From NCBI GenBank assembly GCA_963664705.1, contig OY761556.1, positions 288,001 through 352,000 of the forward strand: DNA of 64,000 bases, in the 5' to 3' direction. The position numbers were made by a program, and so were the translations under genes. This document shows, piece by piece, positions 39,002 through 48,637 of the stretch. The stretch comes from Acidobacteriota bacterium (GTDB lineage Bacteria > Acidobacteriota > UBA6911). Below the pieces are notes generated by a model that saw nothing but the letters and a program-made list of their open reading frames with translations, searched no databases and was not told where the DNA came from. Positions within the stretch are counted from its first letter, which is position 1; each line of letters opens with the position of its first letter.

Positions 39002-39098
39002 AATCTGCTTTGATGGATGAAAGTGAGGCTAAGCTGCTGTGTCAGCTAGGGATAAGCTGCCAGCGTTCAGCGGTGGGGCTGCGATCTATTCAAGGGGA

Positions 39099-39140
39099 AA
39101 CTGTGGCATTTTTGCGAAGAGAAACAATTCTGCCACAGTT
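39099..39140. promoter_or_regulatory. Putative enhancer (UAS) for the NtrC-type regulator
   Basis: AACTGTGGCA...TGCCACAGTT 10-bp inverted repeat 100-140 bp upstream of the -24 box. Confidence 0.55.
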
Positions 39141-39225
39141 GAGCGGCAAAGGCACTTTGCCTGGATTGTGATTTTCCTGGATTGTGATCTGAAAGAGTGC
39201 TGCGAATCGTGTCGCCGTGATTGGT

Positions 39226-40566
39226 CTATTTAGTTTCCAGACGGCGGTACAGCGTTCGCCGGTCTATTCCCAGTACCTCCGCCGTCCTGGAGATATTGCC
39301 ATCCAATGCCTGCAGCACCTCTTGGATATATCGATCCTCCATCTGATCCAGCGTAAGCCACTGTTTTTCTCCCGGTGGCTTGCGTTGGCGTATTTCCTGA
39401 ATCTCGACGGGAAGGTCTTCGATATCAAAGACACCGGATGTATTCAGCGCAACCGCGCGTTCGACGACGTTTTCAAGCTGCCGAACATTGCCTGGCCAGT
39501 GGTAACCCTCCAGACATGCAAGCACACTGGGATTCACGGCCAGCCTCTTTCCGGTCCGTGAGGAGTATTTTCGGAGGAAGAAATCAAACAGCAGCGGTAA
39601 ATCAGAAATCCTTTCGCGCAGCGGGGGCAATTCAACCGTTACGACCTTCAATCGGTAATAGAGGTCCTCGCGAAATGCTCCTTCCGTCACTTTTTCGGTG
39701 AGGTCGCGATGGGTCGCTGCAATGATCCGGACATCTACCTGGGATGGAGTGCTGCTTCCAACCGGCAGGATCTCTCCCGATTCCAGCACGCGCAAAAGCT
39801 TGGACTGCATGCCGGCGCTGGTATCTCCAATCTCATCAAGAAAGATTGTGCCGTGGTCTGCGGCCTCGAATATTCCACGCTTTGATCCGCTCGCACCGGT
39901 AAATGCCCCGCGGACATACCCGAACAATTCACTTTCAAGCAGGGTTTCCGTGATGGCGGCGCAGTTGACTGTCTGGAAGGGTCGGTTTTTCCTTTGCCCA
40001 AGCCGGTGTATGGATCTTGCTACCAGTTCTTTTCCCGTGCCGCTCTCTCCCTGGACTAAAACGGTCGCATCGTTTGAAGCCACTTTGGCAATAGTCTTGA
40101 ACACTTCCACCATCTTGGGATGAGATCCGATAATCTCACCTTGGATATCCCGGCTTTGGACTTTTTCCCGGAGATCGCGGTTTTCGCGAAGCAGTCTGGA
40201 TTGATGCATGGACTGCTGGACTTTCAACCGCATCTGATCCAGTCGAAACGGCTTGGAGATATAATCATGCGCACCGGCTGCAATGGCATCGACGACCGTA
40301 TCCATGGAAGCAAAGCCCGTCATAATGATGACCACCGTCTCCGGATGCGAATTCTTAAACGCACGGACGACGCGCAACCCGTCCACATCGGGCATCCGGA
40401 GGTCGGTGATCACCACATCGAACTCATTCTGTTCATTCAGCCGCAAGGCTTCTTCTCCCGAGCCCGCAAGGGTTACCTGGTAGCCTTCGCGGGTCATCGC
40501 CTCGCCAAGTGAAGTAAGAGAGGCTGCATCATCGTCAACGATGAGTATCCTTCCTGTATTATTCAC
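39226..40566 (-). CDS. Sigma54-dependent response regulator (NtrC/AtoC/ZraR family)
   Basis: REC, GESGTGKE, GAFTGA, FLDEIG, WPGNVRQL, Fis HTH. Confidence 0.96.
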   Translation of the reverse strand: MNNTGRILIVDDDAASLTSLGEAMTREGYQVTLAGSGEEALRLNEQNEFDVVITDLRMPDVDGLRVVRAFKNSHPETVVIIMTGFASMDTVVDAIAAGAHDYISKPFRLDQMRLKVQQSMHQSRLLRENRDLREKVQSRDIQGEIIGSHPKMVEVFKTIAKVASNDATVLVQGESGTGKELVARSIHRLGQRKNRPFQTVNCAAITETLLESELFGYVRGAFTGASGSKRGIFEAADHGTIFLDEIGDTSAGMQSKLLRVLESGEILPVGSSTPSQVDVRIIAATHRDLTEKVTEGAFREDLYYRLKVVTVELPPLRERISDLPLLFDFFLRKYSSRTGKRLAVNPSVLACLEGYHWPGNVRQLENVVERAVALNTSGVFDIEDLPVEIQEIRQRKPPGEKQWLTLDQMEDRYIQEVLQALDGNISRTAEVLGIDRRTLYRRLETK

Positions 40567-40569
40567 GAT

Positions 40570-42201
40570 TCATCCTCTTTCATCCGGAGATCCCGCTGCC
40601 GGGTGAGTGTTCGGAGCGGCCACACGGAAACGGATTGTAAATGTTGTCCCTTCACCCGGAGCGCTGTGGAGCTCAATCGTGCCCTGATGCTGGCGAATAA
40701 TCTTCGCGGCAATACTCAAACCGAGTCCGGTGCCCCGGTGAATATCTTTGGTGGTGAAGAACGGCTCAAAGATATGGGACTGCTTTTCGGGCGCGATTCC
40801 GGTTCCGTTGTCTTTTACGGATGCGACGACAAAATCGCCATCCGCATTTGCCTGGCAGGAGGTTTCAACCAGAACGGTCCCGCCATTCGGCATGGCATCG
40901 CATGCGTTGTTGAGGAGGTTGAGAAAAACCTGCTGAAGCTGCTGTGGATTGGCCTCAATTTCGGGCAAATCGGGGCTGAAACGGGTTTCCACCTTTATCC
41001 GCTGCCGTTCCAGGTGTTGTTCCAGGAATAGCAGCAGTTGCTGCAGAATCCGGTTTAACTGGGCCGGTGTTCGAGACTGCATCGAAGCCCTTGTTTCCGA
41101 AAGCAATTCTTCGACAAAGCTGGTGATGCGGGTGACCTGGTCCTGCATCAATTTCAACCGGCGCCGCGTGTCTTCTGAAACGCTGCTATCCTCGGACATG
41201 AGTTCGAGGTGCGTGGAAATGGCGCTCAACGGCGACCCTATTTCATGTGCGAATGTAGCGGCCATTTGCCCGGCAACGGCAGCACGTTCGGCACGCGTCA
41301 AACGCCGCTGCGCATCCAGCAGATCCTCATTTACCTGGCGAAGCATGCTGTTGGATTCCGAGACTTCCTGTGTCGCTTCCCGTACCCGTTCGCGCAGCTG
41401 ATCATTGAAGGTTTGCTGCTCCTCGATCAACCGGTCTCTCTGATGCGATGCCTGCTCAATCTTCTCCATCATTTCATTGTAACGGAGTGCAATCGTACCT
41501 ATTTCATCCTGATGATCGACCGGCGCGCGGATCTGCAGATTTCCCAGGCTTGCCTCATTCATGGCGGCAATCAGACGCTCGAAACGTCGGATCAGTATGC
41601 GGGTGAACAGAAAGTGCAGCAGGATGAGCGTCAGGAGAATCGACCCGGGAACCAGGTAATAGGCAATACGATTGTGGATCGTCCCTACAAGCTCGGATTG
41701 ACGAAGACTGGCGGTCAGGGTGACGCAGCTTGGAGTTTTGCTCGAGTCGGTAAATGGAACGATTACCTTCAGGAATCGCTCTTTGTCCTGGAACACCGGA
41801 ACGATGCGCATTCGGGAATCATGCATTGCTGCGGCTTCATCCACGGGAATGGGAATGGATGGCGAACTGGAGGTGGTAACAAAGCGAGCGGCGCCTCCCG
41901 AGGCAAGATGATAAATGTCGATTCGGGAGACGTAAGATTTCGTCTCCACGATTCCGCGCAGCCAGTTTTGAACGGTGGCGGGTTCGGACGGCGCATCTCT
42001 CCGGGAAAGGTCTTCCGCTACCTGCGATGCCGTGGTAATGGCATTTTCCTCGATTTCGGAATCGAGCAGCCGGATAGAGACTCGGGAATCGAGGTAGCTC
42101 ACCAGCAGGACCGTCAATACGATCGTCGTGACAATAAACAGATGCAGCCGGAATGAAATCGACCGCATCCAGAAATACCTTCTCAACCATCCGGGATTCA
42201 T
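40570..42201 (-). CDS. Membrane HAMP sensor histidine kinase
   Basis: Two TM helices with periplasmic loop, HAMP (DEIGTIA), FAHEIGSPL, NACDAM, GTGLGLS. Confidence 0.95.
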   Translation of the reverse strand: MNPGWLRRYFWMRSISFRLHLFIVTTIVLTVLLVSYLDSRVSIRLLDSEIEENAITTASQVAEDLSRRDAPSEPATVQNWLRGIVETKSYVSRIDIYHLASGGAARFVTTSSSPSIPIPVDEAAAMHDSRMRIVPVFQDKERFLKVIVPFTDSSKTPSCVTLTASLRQSELVGTIHNRIAYYLVPGSILLTLILLHFLFTRILIRRFERLIAAMNEASLGNLQIRAPVDHQDEIGTIALRYNEMMEKIEQASHQRDRLIEEQQTFNDQLRERVREATQEVSESNSMLRQVNEDLLDAQRRLTRAERAAVAGQMAATFAHEIGSPLSAISTHLELMSEDSSVSEDTRRRLKLMQDQVTRITSFVEELLSETRASMQSRTPAQLNRILQQLLLFLEQHLERQRIKVETRFSPDLPEIEANPQQLQQVFLNLLNNACDAMPNGGTVLVETSCQANADGDFVVASVKDNGTGIAPEKQSHIFEPFFTTKDIHRGTGLGLSIAAKIIRQHQGTIELHSAPGEGTTFTIRFRVAAPNTHPAAGSPDERG

Positions 42202-42318
42202 AAATATTCCTGTATCTATAAATATACTAAAGAGTAGCGGTATTTCACTGATAATCCGAAAGTCGGGGGAAACTTTGGCTCTTTCCAGGGGTGGAGGGAA
42301 CTCCGCATGAATATTTAG

Positions 42319-42347
42319 TTGCGATCACCTTGCGGGGAAGGTAGATT
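42319..42347 (+). promoter_or_regulatory. Sigma70-like promoter of the oxidoreductase operon
   Basis: TTGCGA-N17-TAGATT. Confidence 0.45.
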
Positions 42348-42371
42348 TATTTTTTAATGAGGAGCAGTTTC

Positions 42372-42626
42372 ATGGCTGACACGCAAAAGCCCAAGGGTCC
42401 CAAGGGAGCGGTGCATATTAATGCAGAGCTTTGCAAGGGCTGTGGTTTCTGTATCGAGTTTTGCCCCAGAGGTGTCCTTGAGTTTTCCGATCAGTTTAAC
42501 ACCAAGGGATACCATCCTCCCCGCGCAGCAAAACCGGAAGCCTGCACCGGATGCGACATGTGCGGTATTTATTGCCCGGACTTCGCCATTTTCGGAACAC
42601 CGCTTAAACCCAAAGCAGTGGCATAA
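42372..42626 (+). CDS. 2[4Fe-4S] ferredoxin, delta subunit of 2-oxoacid:ferredoxin oxidoreductase
   Basis: CKGCGFCIEFCP and CTGCDMCGIYCP. Confidence 0.92.
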   Translation: MADTQKPKGPKGAVHINAELCKGCGFCIEFCPRGVLEFSDQFNTKGYHPPRAAKPEACTGCDMCGIYCPDFAIFGTPLKPKAVA

Positions 42627-42637
42627 CAGGAGGTTTC

Positions 42638-43831
42638 ATGAAGGCAGATCCCAAGGGGGTTTTGGTCGGAGCGCACTTTCTGGATGGCGACCATGCCTGT
42701 TGTGAAGGAGCGCTGGCGGCCGGGTGCAGATTTGTAGCGGGATATCCGATCACTCCGTCCACAGAAGTCGTGGAACGCATTGCCAGCCGTTTCCCGATGG
42801 TCGGCGGGATGTTCATTCAAATGGAAGATGAGATCGCATCCTCCATCGCAATCCAGGGTGCAGTCTGGGGCGGCGCGAAAGCGATGACCGTCACCTCCGG
42901 TCCGGGGTTTTCGCTCATGATGGAGCATATTGGCCTGGCGGCCATGGTAGAGACACCCTGTGTGTTTGTTGATGTGCAGAGAAGCGGACCCTCTACGGGA
43001 TTGCCAACCCTGCCGGCCCAGGCGGATATGATGCAGGCGCGCTGGGGAAGCCACGGCGACTATGAAATCATTGCCCTATCGCCCAATTCACCCCAGGAGT
43101 GCTTTGACCTAACAATCCGTGCCTTCAACCTCGCAGAAGAATATCGGGTGCCCGTCTTCATGATGATGGATGAATGCGTCGGGCACATGACCGAAAAGGT
43201 TGTTATCCCCAAGGCGGATGAAATCGAGGTTACTCCTCGGCATTACACCACAGCCAAGCCGGGGGAGTATCTGCCGTATTACGTCAATCAAAGCATGGTT
43301 CCTGCCATGGCCAAGGCTGGGGATGGGCATCGTTTCCATGTTACCGGGTTGACGCATGACGAGCGGGGCTATCCGGCCATGAATGCGGAAGCCCAGGAGA
43401 AATGCGTTCACCGGCTGCTCAATAAGATACGGAGCAATGCGGAAAAAATCATTATTCTGGAGGAGACGGACATCCAGGGAGCGGATGTTGTAGTCATTTC
43501 CTACGGAATCACCTCCAGGGTAGCGGTGAAGGCAATTGAAATGGCCAAGGCCGACGGCATCAAGGTGGGTCACATGCGACTGATCACGGTCTGGCCCTTT
43601 CCAGAAAAGCGCATCTATGAACTGGCCGCGCATGTCAAAGCCTTTGTCATGCCGGAATTGAATTACGGCCAGATGTATATTGAACTCAAGAGTGCGCTTG
43701 AAGGCAGGGCGAAATCGTACCTCATACCTCATGGCGGTGGAACCGTGCATGAACCGGAGGTCATCTATCAAAAAATAAGAGAGGCTGCCGGCCAACCGCA
43801 GTCCGAGGAGGCCGCATGTCTACTCCTGTAA
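42638..43831 (+). CDS. korA: 2-oxoacid (likely 2-oxoglutarate):ferredoxin oxidoreductase alpha subunit
   Basis: GYPITPST, QMEDEIAS, TSGPGFSLM, QRSGPSTGLPT. Confidence 0.88.
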   Translation: MKADPKGVLVGAHFLDGDHACCEGALAAGCRFVAGYPITPSTEVVERIASRFPMVGGMFIQMEDEIASSIAIQGAVWGGAKAMTVTSGPGFSLMMEHIGLAAMVETPCVFVDVQRSGPSTGLPTLPAQADMMQARWGSHGDYEIIALSPNSPQECFDLTIRAFNLAEEYRVPVFMMMDECVGHMTEKVVIPKADEIEVTPRHYTTAKPGEYLPYYVNQSMVPAMAKAGDGHRFHVTGLTHDERGYPAMNAEAQEKCVHRLLNKIRSNAEKIIILEETDIQGADVVVISYGITSRVAVKAIEMAKADGIKVGHMRLITVWPFPEKRIYELAAHVKAFVMPELNYGQMYIELKSALEGRAKSYLIPHGGGTVHEPEVIYQKIREAAGQPQSEEAACLLL

Positions 43832-44670
43832 ACCCGGTAAACCAATATCTCCGAACCGACAGAATGCCGCACATCTGGTGTTCCGGATGCGGATTGGGAA
43901 CCACGGTGAACTGTTTCGTCCGCGCCATTGAAGGATGCGAGATTCCGCTGGATGATATCAGTGTTGTTTCGGGCATCGGCTGTACTGGAAGGGTTGCCGG
44001 CTATCTGAAGCTCGATAGCTTCCATACGACTCACGGGCGGCCTATTGCCTTTGCGACTGGATTAAAGCTGGCGAATCCGAAATTAAAGGTGGTTGTTTAC
44101 AGCGGCGATGGCGACCTCTTTGCCATCGGCGGGAATCATTTCATACACGCTGCCCGCAGGAATATGGATTTAACGGTCATCTGCGTCAATAACTTTACCT
44201 ATGGGATGACGGGCGGACAGGTAACACCGACAACCCCGACCGACGCCGTAGCTTCGACGTCGCCATACGGTAATACGGAAGAGCCATTTAACCTGCCGCA
44301 CCTTGCCGAATCGGCGGGAGCCGTCTATGTTGCGCGGTGGACAACATTTCATGCCCGACAAATCACGAAGGCCATGAAGGAAGCCATCCAGAAAAAGGGA
44401 TTCAGCTTTGTTGAAATTATCGCTCCATGCCCGACGCTGTATGGGAGACGGAACCGGCTGGGAGACGGATTGGAGATGATGCAGTTTTATAAGGAAAACA
44501 GCGTCATCAGTAACGGTGCCGACCCCAAGGAAGTCGGATTGGGATTCAAGGGGAAGATCGTTTGCGGCAAATTCGTGGATCGCGATCGGCCATCATTTCT
44601 GGAACGGTATAATTTGAGAATGGCTGAGATCTTCGGATCCTCGTACCAACCCTATGAGGGAGTACTATGA
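43816..44670 (+). CDS. korB: 2-oxoacid:ferredoxin oxidoreductase beta subunit
   Basis: WCSGCG, SGIGC, TPP motif GDGD...NN, YGMTGGQ. Confidence 0.88.
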   Translation: MSTPVNPVNQYLRTDRMPHIWCSGCGLGTTVNCFVRAIEGCEIPLDDISVVSGIGCTGRVAGYLKLDSFHTTHGRPIAFATGLKLANPKLKVVVYSGDGDLFAIGGNHFIHAARRNMDLTVICVNNFTYGMTGGQVTPTTPTDAVASTSPYGNTEEPFNLPHLAESAGAVYVARWTTFHARQITKAMKEAIQKKGFSFVEIIAPCPTLYGRRNRLGDGLEMMQFYKENSVISNGADPKEVGLGFKGKIVCGKFVDRDRPSFLERYNLRMAEIFGSSYQPYEGVL

Positions 44671-45203
44671 ACGCCGTTGAAATCAAGTTCGGAGGATTCG
44701 GAGGCCAGGGCGTGATTCTGGCCGGCATTATCATTGGACGGGCGGCGAGCATTTACGATAATAAGTACGCCACCCTTACTCAAAGCTTCGGGCCGGAAGC
44801 CCGCGGTAGTTCATGCAGCGCACAGGTGATTGTATCCGATGAAAAGATCCTGTACCCGTATGTGACCCGTCCCAATATCCTCCTGGCCATGTCGCAGGAA
44901 GCCTGCAATAAATTTTTGCCGCAGACAACGGATGATGCCACCCTCGTCATTGAAGAGGACCTCGTAAAGCCGGTTGATCTGAAGTCCGGCATGAAGGTGC
45001 ATGGTATTCCCGCAACGCGCCTTGCTGAGGAACTGGGCCGGAAGATGATTCTGAATATCGTCATGGTCGGTTTCTTCACTGCAGTCACAAAACTCGTAGA
45101 TTATGAAGCCGTGAAGCAGGCAGTGAAGGCTTCCGTTCCCCAGGGGACGGAGAACATGAACCTGAAAGCCTTCGATTGCGGCTACCAGTACGGCGTGAAA
45201 TAA
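44667..45203 (+). CDS. 2-oxoacid:ferredoxin oxidoreductase gamma subunit
   Basis: GGFGGQGV, FGPEARG, NIVMVG. Confidence 0.9.
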   Translation: MNAVEIKFGGFGGQGVILAGIIIGRAASIYDNKYATLTQSFGPEARGSSCSAQVIVSDEKILYPYVTRPNILLAMSQEACNKFLPQTTDDATLVIEEDLVKPVDLKSGMKVHGIPATRLAEELGRKMILNIVMVGFFTAVTKLVDYEAVKQAVKASVPQGTENMNLKAFDCGYQYGVK

Positions 45204-45361
45204 GAACCTGTAGGTAAATGTAGCTTTACCTTTTTCCAGCCCTGCCAGGGTTTCTTCTCGCACAGTCCTTAATACATCGTATAAAGTGTAGGGCAGCTTC
45301 CGGCAAAATTGGTGGAGTTCCAGCCTGGGTGCCGGAGCAATACGGGTGCACTGGTCTGCCA

Positions 45362-48300
45362 ATGACTACCTTCTCGCTCAACCATCGAATCTATACCGGT
45401 TCCTTTGCCGCGCTGGAGTCGCGCTGGATCGAACTTGTCTCGGAGGTTCAGAAAGAAGATCCCCTGCGTGAGATCGATGTTCTGGTCGGATCGAATGTAC
45501 TCGCGTTGTACCTCAAACGGCGCTTTGCCGAAAGCGGGCGGACTGCAGCCAATATCCGGTTTTATACATTTCCCGATCTCCTTGCGCGCCTGACGCAGTC
45601 GCACCCATCCAGCGCGGCAAAGGCGCGGATGCCCCGGCTGGGACCTTCAGTAATCCTCGAAAGCCTGCTTTCGGAGAAGACTCCGCACGTGTACGGGGAG
45701 CTGTCGGGTTACCAGGGCTTTAGGGATGCGCTTCTTGACACGTTCCGCGATCTCAGGGATGGAGGATTTGCGCCGAAGGATCTCGAAAAGAGCACTCGCA
45801 AATGGAAGGATACGGATCGCGGGCTTCATCTGCTCGGATTTGCCGATCTCTATCGCCGGTACCGGGAGCGCGCTGCACTCTTCCATGATGTGGATGATGA
45901 TTTTCGCGATGCGATTGATCTGGCCTCGGAGCCGACGGGCCATACGGAATTCCGTCCGCTCTTCATATACGGAATCTACGATGTTACCGGCCAGCAGTCC
46001 CTGCTTTTCCGATCACTGCGTGATTCTCATACCCTTACCTACTTCATTCCCTTCGTCAGCGGTGAAGTCTCAGAGTTTTCGCGCCCCTTCGTCGAAAGCC
46101 GTGCCAGGGAACTGGGAGTTGCTCCGATTGCTCTGCGCGAAACCCAGCCTCCCGGCAATCTGGGGAAGCTCGCGCATGTGGACTTCGGGTTGTCCGCGAG
46201 TTCTCACGAAATGGAGGACGACGGCTCCGTTGCTTTGATTTCCGTGCCGGGCGAGTCCAGGGCTGCCATTGAAATCCTGCGTGAGATTTTCCGCGCAGTA
46301 CAGGACCGGACAATCGGGGGCTTTCACGAAGCGGCCGTGATCTTGAGGCAACCGGAAGTCGATGTCCCTGTCATTGCCGAAATGCTGCGGGTTCGGGGCA
46401 TCCCCTATTTTGTTCATGGAGGGCGCAGTTTTGCAGAGTGTCCGCTCGGGAGAGCTGTTATTGCATTGGGAAGGCTGGAGTCTGTTGCTTTTGCGCGCGA
46501 GGCTGTCCTTACCGCGATGGAACTGGTCGAGGCAGCCCTTTCTGAAGATGACGCCTCCCGATGGGATGTTCAGGACTGGCGTGCGCTGACGAATGATCCG
46601 AGGTTCCTGTCCGGGCTTCCAGCGTGGGATTCGGGGACAGAGGCTCTGGTTTACGAGGCTCGGTCTGAACTGGCTAAAGCGGAGCGAAGCTCCGACGCCG
46701 ACGCCGATAGCGGAGAGGATGCTCGTGCGCGGTCGCTGCGGGGCGTGCAGCGCCGGCTGGAGAGCGCTTTGCGCCTTCGGGATGCATGGCAAGCCATTCG
46801 AAAGGCCGCGACCTGGCCGACTGAATTGGGTTGGGGGCAATGGGCGGCTGAACTGGATCAACGGTTTTCCCCACTGATGAATGGCTCCCGGGATTGGCAG
46901 ATATTCTCCTCAGTGCTGGATGAAATAGGCAGCCTGGATACGCTGAGCGAAAGCAATTCGAAAAACGAATCCGGCCGATCTGTCCCGGCAGACATGCTGC
47001 GTGCGGCCCTGATAGAGGCGGTGTCATCCCATTCCTGTCCCGTAGGGCAGTTTCAGCGGAGTGGCGTAAACCTGCTTTCAACCAGCGCAGCTCGCGGTCT
47101 TCGATTCCCGCTGGTGATCATACCGGGCCTGGATGAAGGACGATTCCCATCCAAATTGCGTCAGGATCCTCTGTTGTTGGACGCCGAACGTTCATCCATG
47201 GGTTCTCTGCCCGTAAAATCACGCCGTGTGGATGAGGAGAAACTGTTGTTTGATATGGCTGCGCGTTCAGCGGAAAAGCGCCTGGTGTTGATGACCTCAC
47301 GCCTGGATGAGTCTTCAGATCGCGAGCGTATCCCCTCCCAGTTTTTCCTGCGAGCGGCATCGGCGGTTCGCGGTTCCACGGTAACAATGCGTGATCTGAC
47401 GCAGGGCAGCATCTCGGGGTTTCGTTCCGTGAGCCTGGATAGCCCCGCTCCAGGTCACGGCGAAGTTCCTGTTGATGAGGGCGAAATTCGTCTCAGGATT
47501 GTAACCTCCGCGCGAGAGTTGTCTGGGGCCGCAATTGCCTCGCTGGCTCAACTCGAACCATCGCTGATCAGTCGCCCGCTTAAATATGATCAGGCGCGCT
47601 GGGCAAACAGGCTGACCCCGTTCGATGGTCTGATCACCAATCTCCAACTCGTTCAGTGGACCGCGCAAAGGCTGGGCATCTCTGCCGGACAGGTTTCCGC
47701 AAGCCGTTTGGAAGAGTATATGAAATGTCCGTATTCCTTCTTTCTCAAAAGAGTCATGGATCTCCAGGGCTGGGAAGAGCAAGGCAAAGTTGAGGCGATG
47801 GATCCGCTGGAAAGAGGCACGGCCATTCATTCCGTTCTCGAAGAATTTCTCCGGGATAACGGTGACATTGGCCCGCTGGACTCGGGCAATGCGATGTGGA
47901 ATGCCCTGGAGGGAAAGGCCCGCAAAATACTGGATGATGCAAGACCGGCCGGGCTTGCGGATCTGTTATGGGAAGTGGAGCGCGATGTCCTCCTGCGAAT
48001 GCTGAAAGGATGGCTGGGATTCGAAATGAACCGGGCTGGTTCCGGATTGCAGGTTGCCCGGCTGGAACAGATCTTTGGCGAATTCGCAGGAGCGGAAAAA
48101 TTTCCGGCGTTTAGCATCGAAGCAGGCCCGCATGCCTTCAGCTTCCGCGGAAGAATCGACCGCATTGACCTTTCTGCCGATCGCAAATATGCGCGTGTTG
48201 TCGACTATAAAACAGGCACACTGCCCGACAGCATGGCAAGGAAGAGCGCAAGGACTCCCCTGATGGCCGGGGAAAAGATTCAGCTTCTTATTTACGCCGG

Positions 48301-48637
48301 CGCTCTTTCCGTGCTGAAGGAATTTGCGGAGGTGGAAACCGTCGAAGCGGAATATCTGCACCTGCAGCCGAAAAATGGTTTGACTGTGCCATGCTCATTC
48401 ACGCACGAAGAGCTGAAAAAGGCCGCTGAATCGTTCCCGAAGGTTTTGGAGTTGGTGGGGAATGGGATTGAATCGGGAGTTTTCTTTGCGAAGACCAGTG
48501 GGAAGGTCCGCCCCCAGGGACATTGCGAATTTTGTAATTATCTTTCGGTGTGCGGCAAGGATCGCATTCGCAGGGAAGAGCGCAAATCGAAAGATCCCCG
48601 GGTCCGTTTGTTTATTGAGACAGTGGAGTCTTTGTGA
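45362..48637 (+). CDS. addB: AddB/RexB-like helicase-nuclease subunit with PD-(D/E)XK nuclease and Fe-S staple
   Basis: Inactive helicase-like N-terminus; SASRLEEYMKCP, GRIDRID, VVDYKTG, CEFCNYLSVC; overlaps addA. Confidence 0.82.
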   Translation: MTTFSLNHRIYTGSFAALESRWIELVSEVQKEDPLREIDVLVGSNVLALYLKRRFAESGRTAANIRFYTFPDLLARLTQSHPSSAAKARMPRLGPSVILESLLSEKTPHVYGELSGYQGFRDALLDTFRDLRDGGFAPKDLEKSTRKWKDTDRGLHLLGFADLYRRYRERAALFHDVDDDFRDAIDLASEPTGHTEFRPLFIYGIYDVTGQQSLLFRSLRDSHTLTYFIPFVSGEVSEFSRPFVESRARELGVAPIALRETQPPGNLGKLAHVDFGLSASSHEMEDDGSVALISVPGESRAAIEILREIFRAVQDRTIGGFHEAAVILRQPEVDVPVIAEMLRVRGIPYFVHGGRSFAECPLGRAVIALGRLESVAFAREAVLTAMELVEAALSEDDASRWDVQDWRALTNDPRFLSGLPAWDSGTEALVYEARSELAKAERSSDADADSGEDARARSLRGVQRRLESALRLRDAWQAIRKAATWPTELGWGQWAAELDQRFSPLMNGSRDWQIFSSVLDEIGSLDTLSESNSKNESGRSVPADMLRAALIEAVSSHSCPVGQFQRSGVNLLSTSAARGLRFPLVIIPGLDEGRFPSKLRQDPLLLDAERSSMGSLPVKSRRVDEEKLLFDMAARSAEKRLVLMTSRLDESSDRERIPSQFFLRAASAVRGSTVTMRDLTQGSISGFRSVSLDSPAPGHGEVPVDEGEIRLRIVTSARELSGAAIASLAQLEPSLISRPLKYDQARWANRLTPFDGLITNLQLVQWTAQRLGISAGQVSASRLEEYMKCPYSFFLKRVMDLQGWEEQGKVEAMDPLERGTAIHSVLEEFLRDNGDIGPLDSGNAMWNALEGKARKILDDARPAGLADLLWEVERDVLLRMLKGWLGFEMNRAGSGLQVARLEQIFGEFAGAEKFPAFSIEAGPHAFSFRGRIDRIDLSADRKYARVVDYKTGTLPDSMARKSARTPLMAGEKIQLLIYAGALSVLKEFAEVETVEAEYLHLQPKNGLTVPCSFTHEELKKAAESFPKVLELVGNGIESGVFFAKTSGKVRPQGHCEFCNYLSVCGKDRIRREERKSKDPRVRLFIETVESL

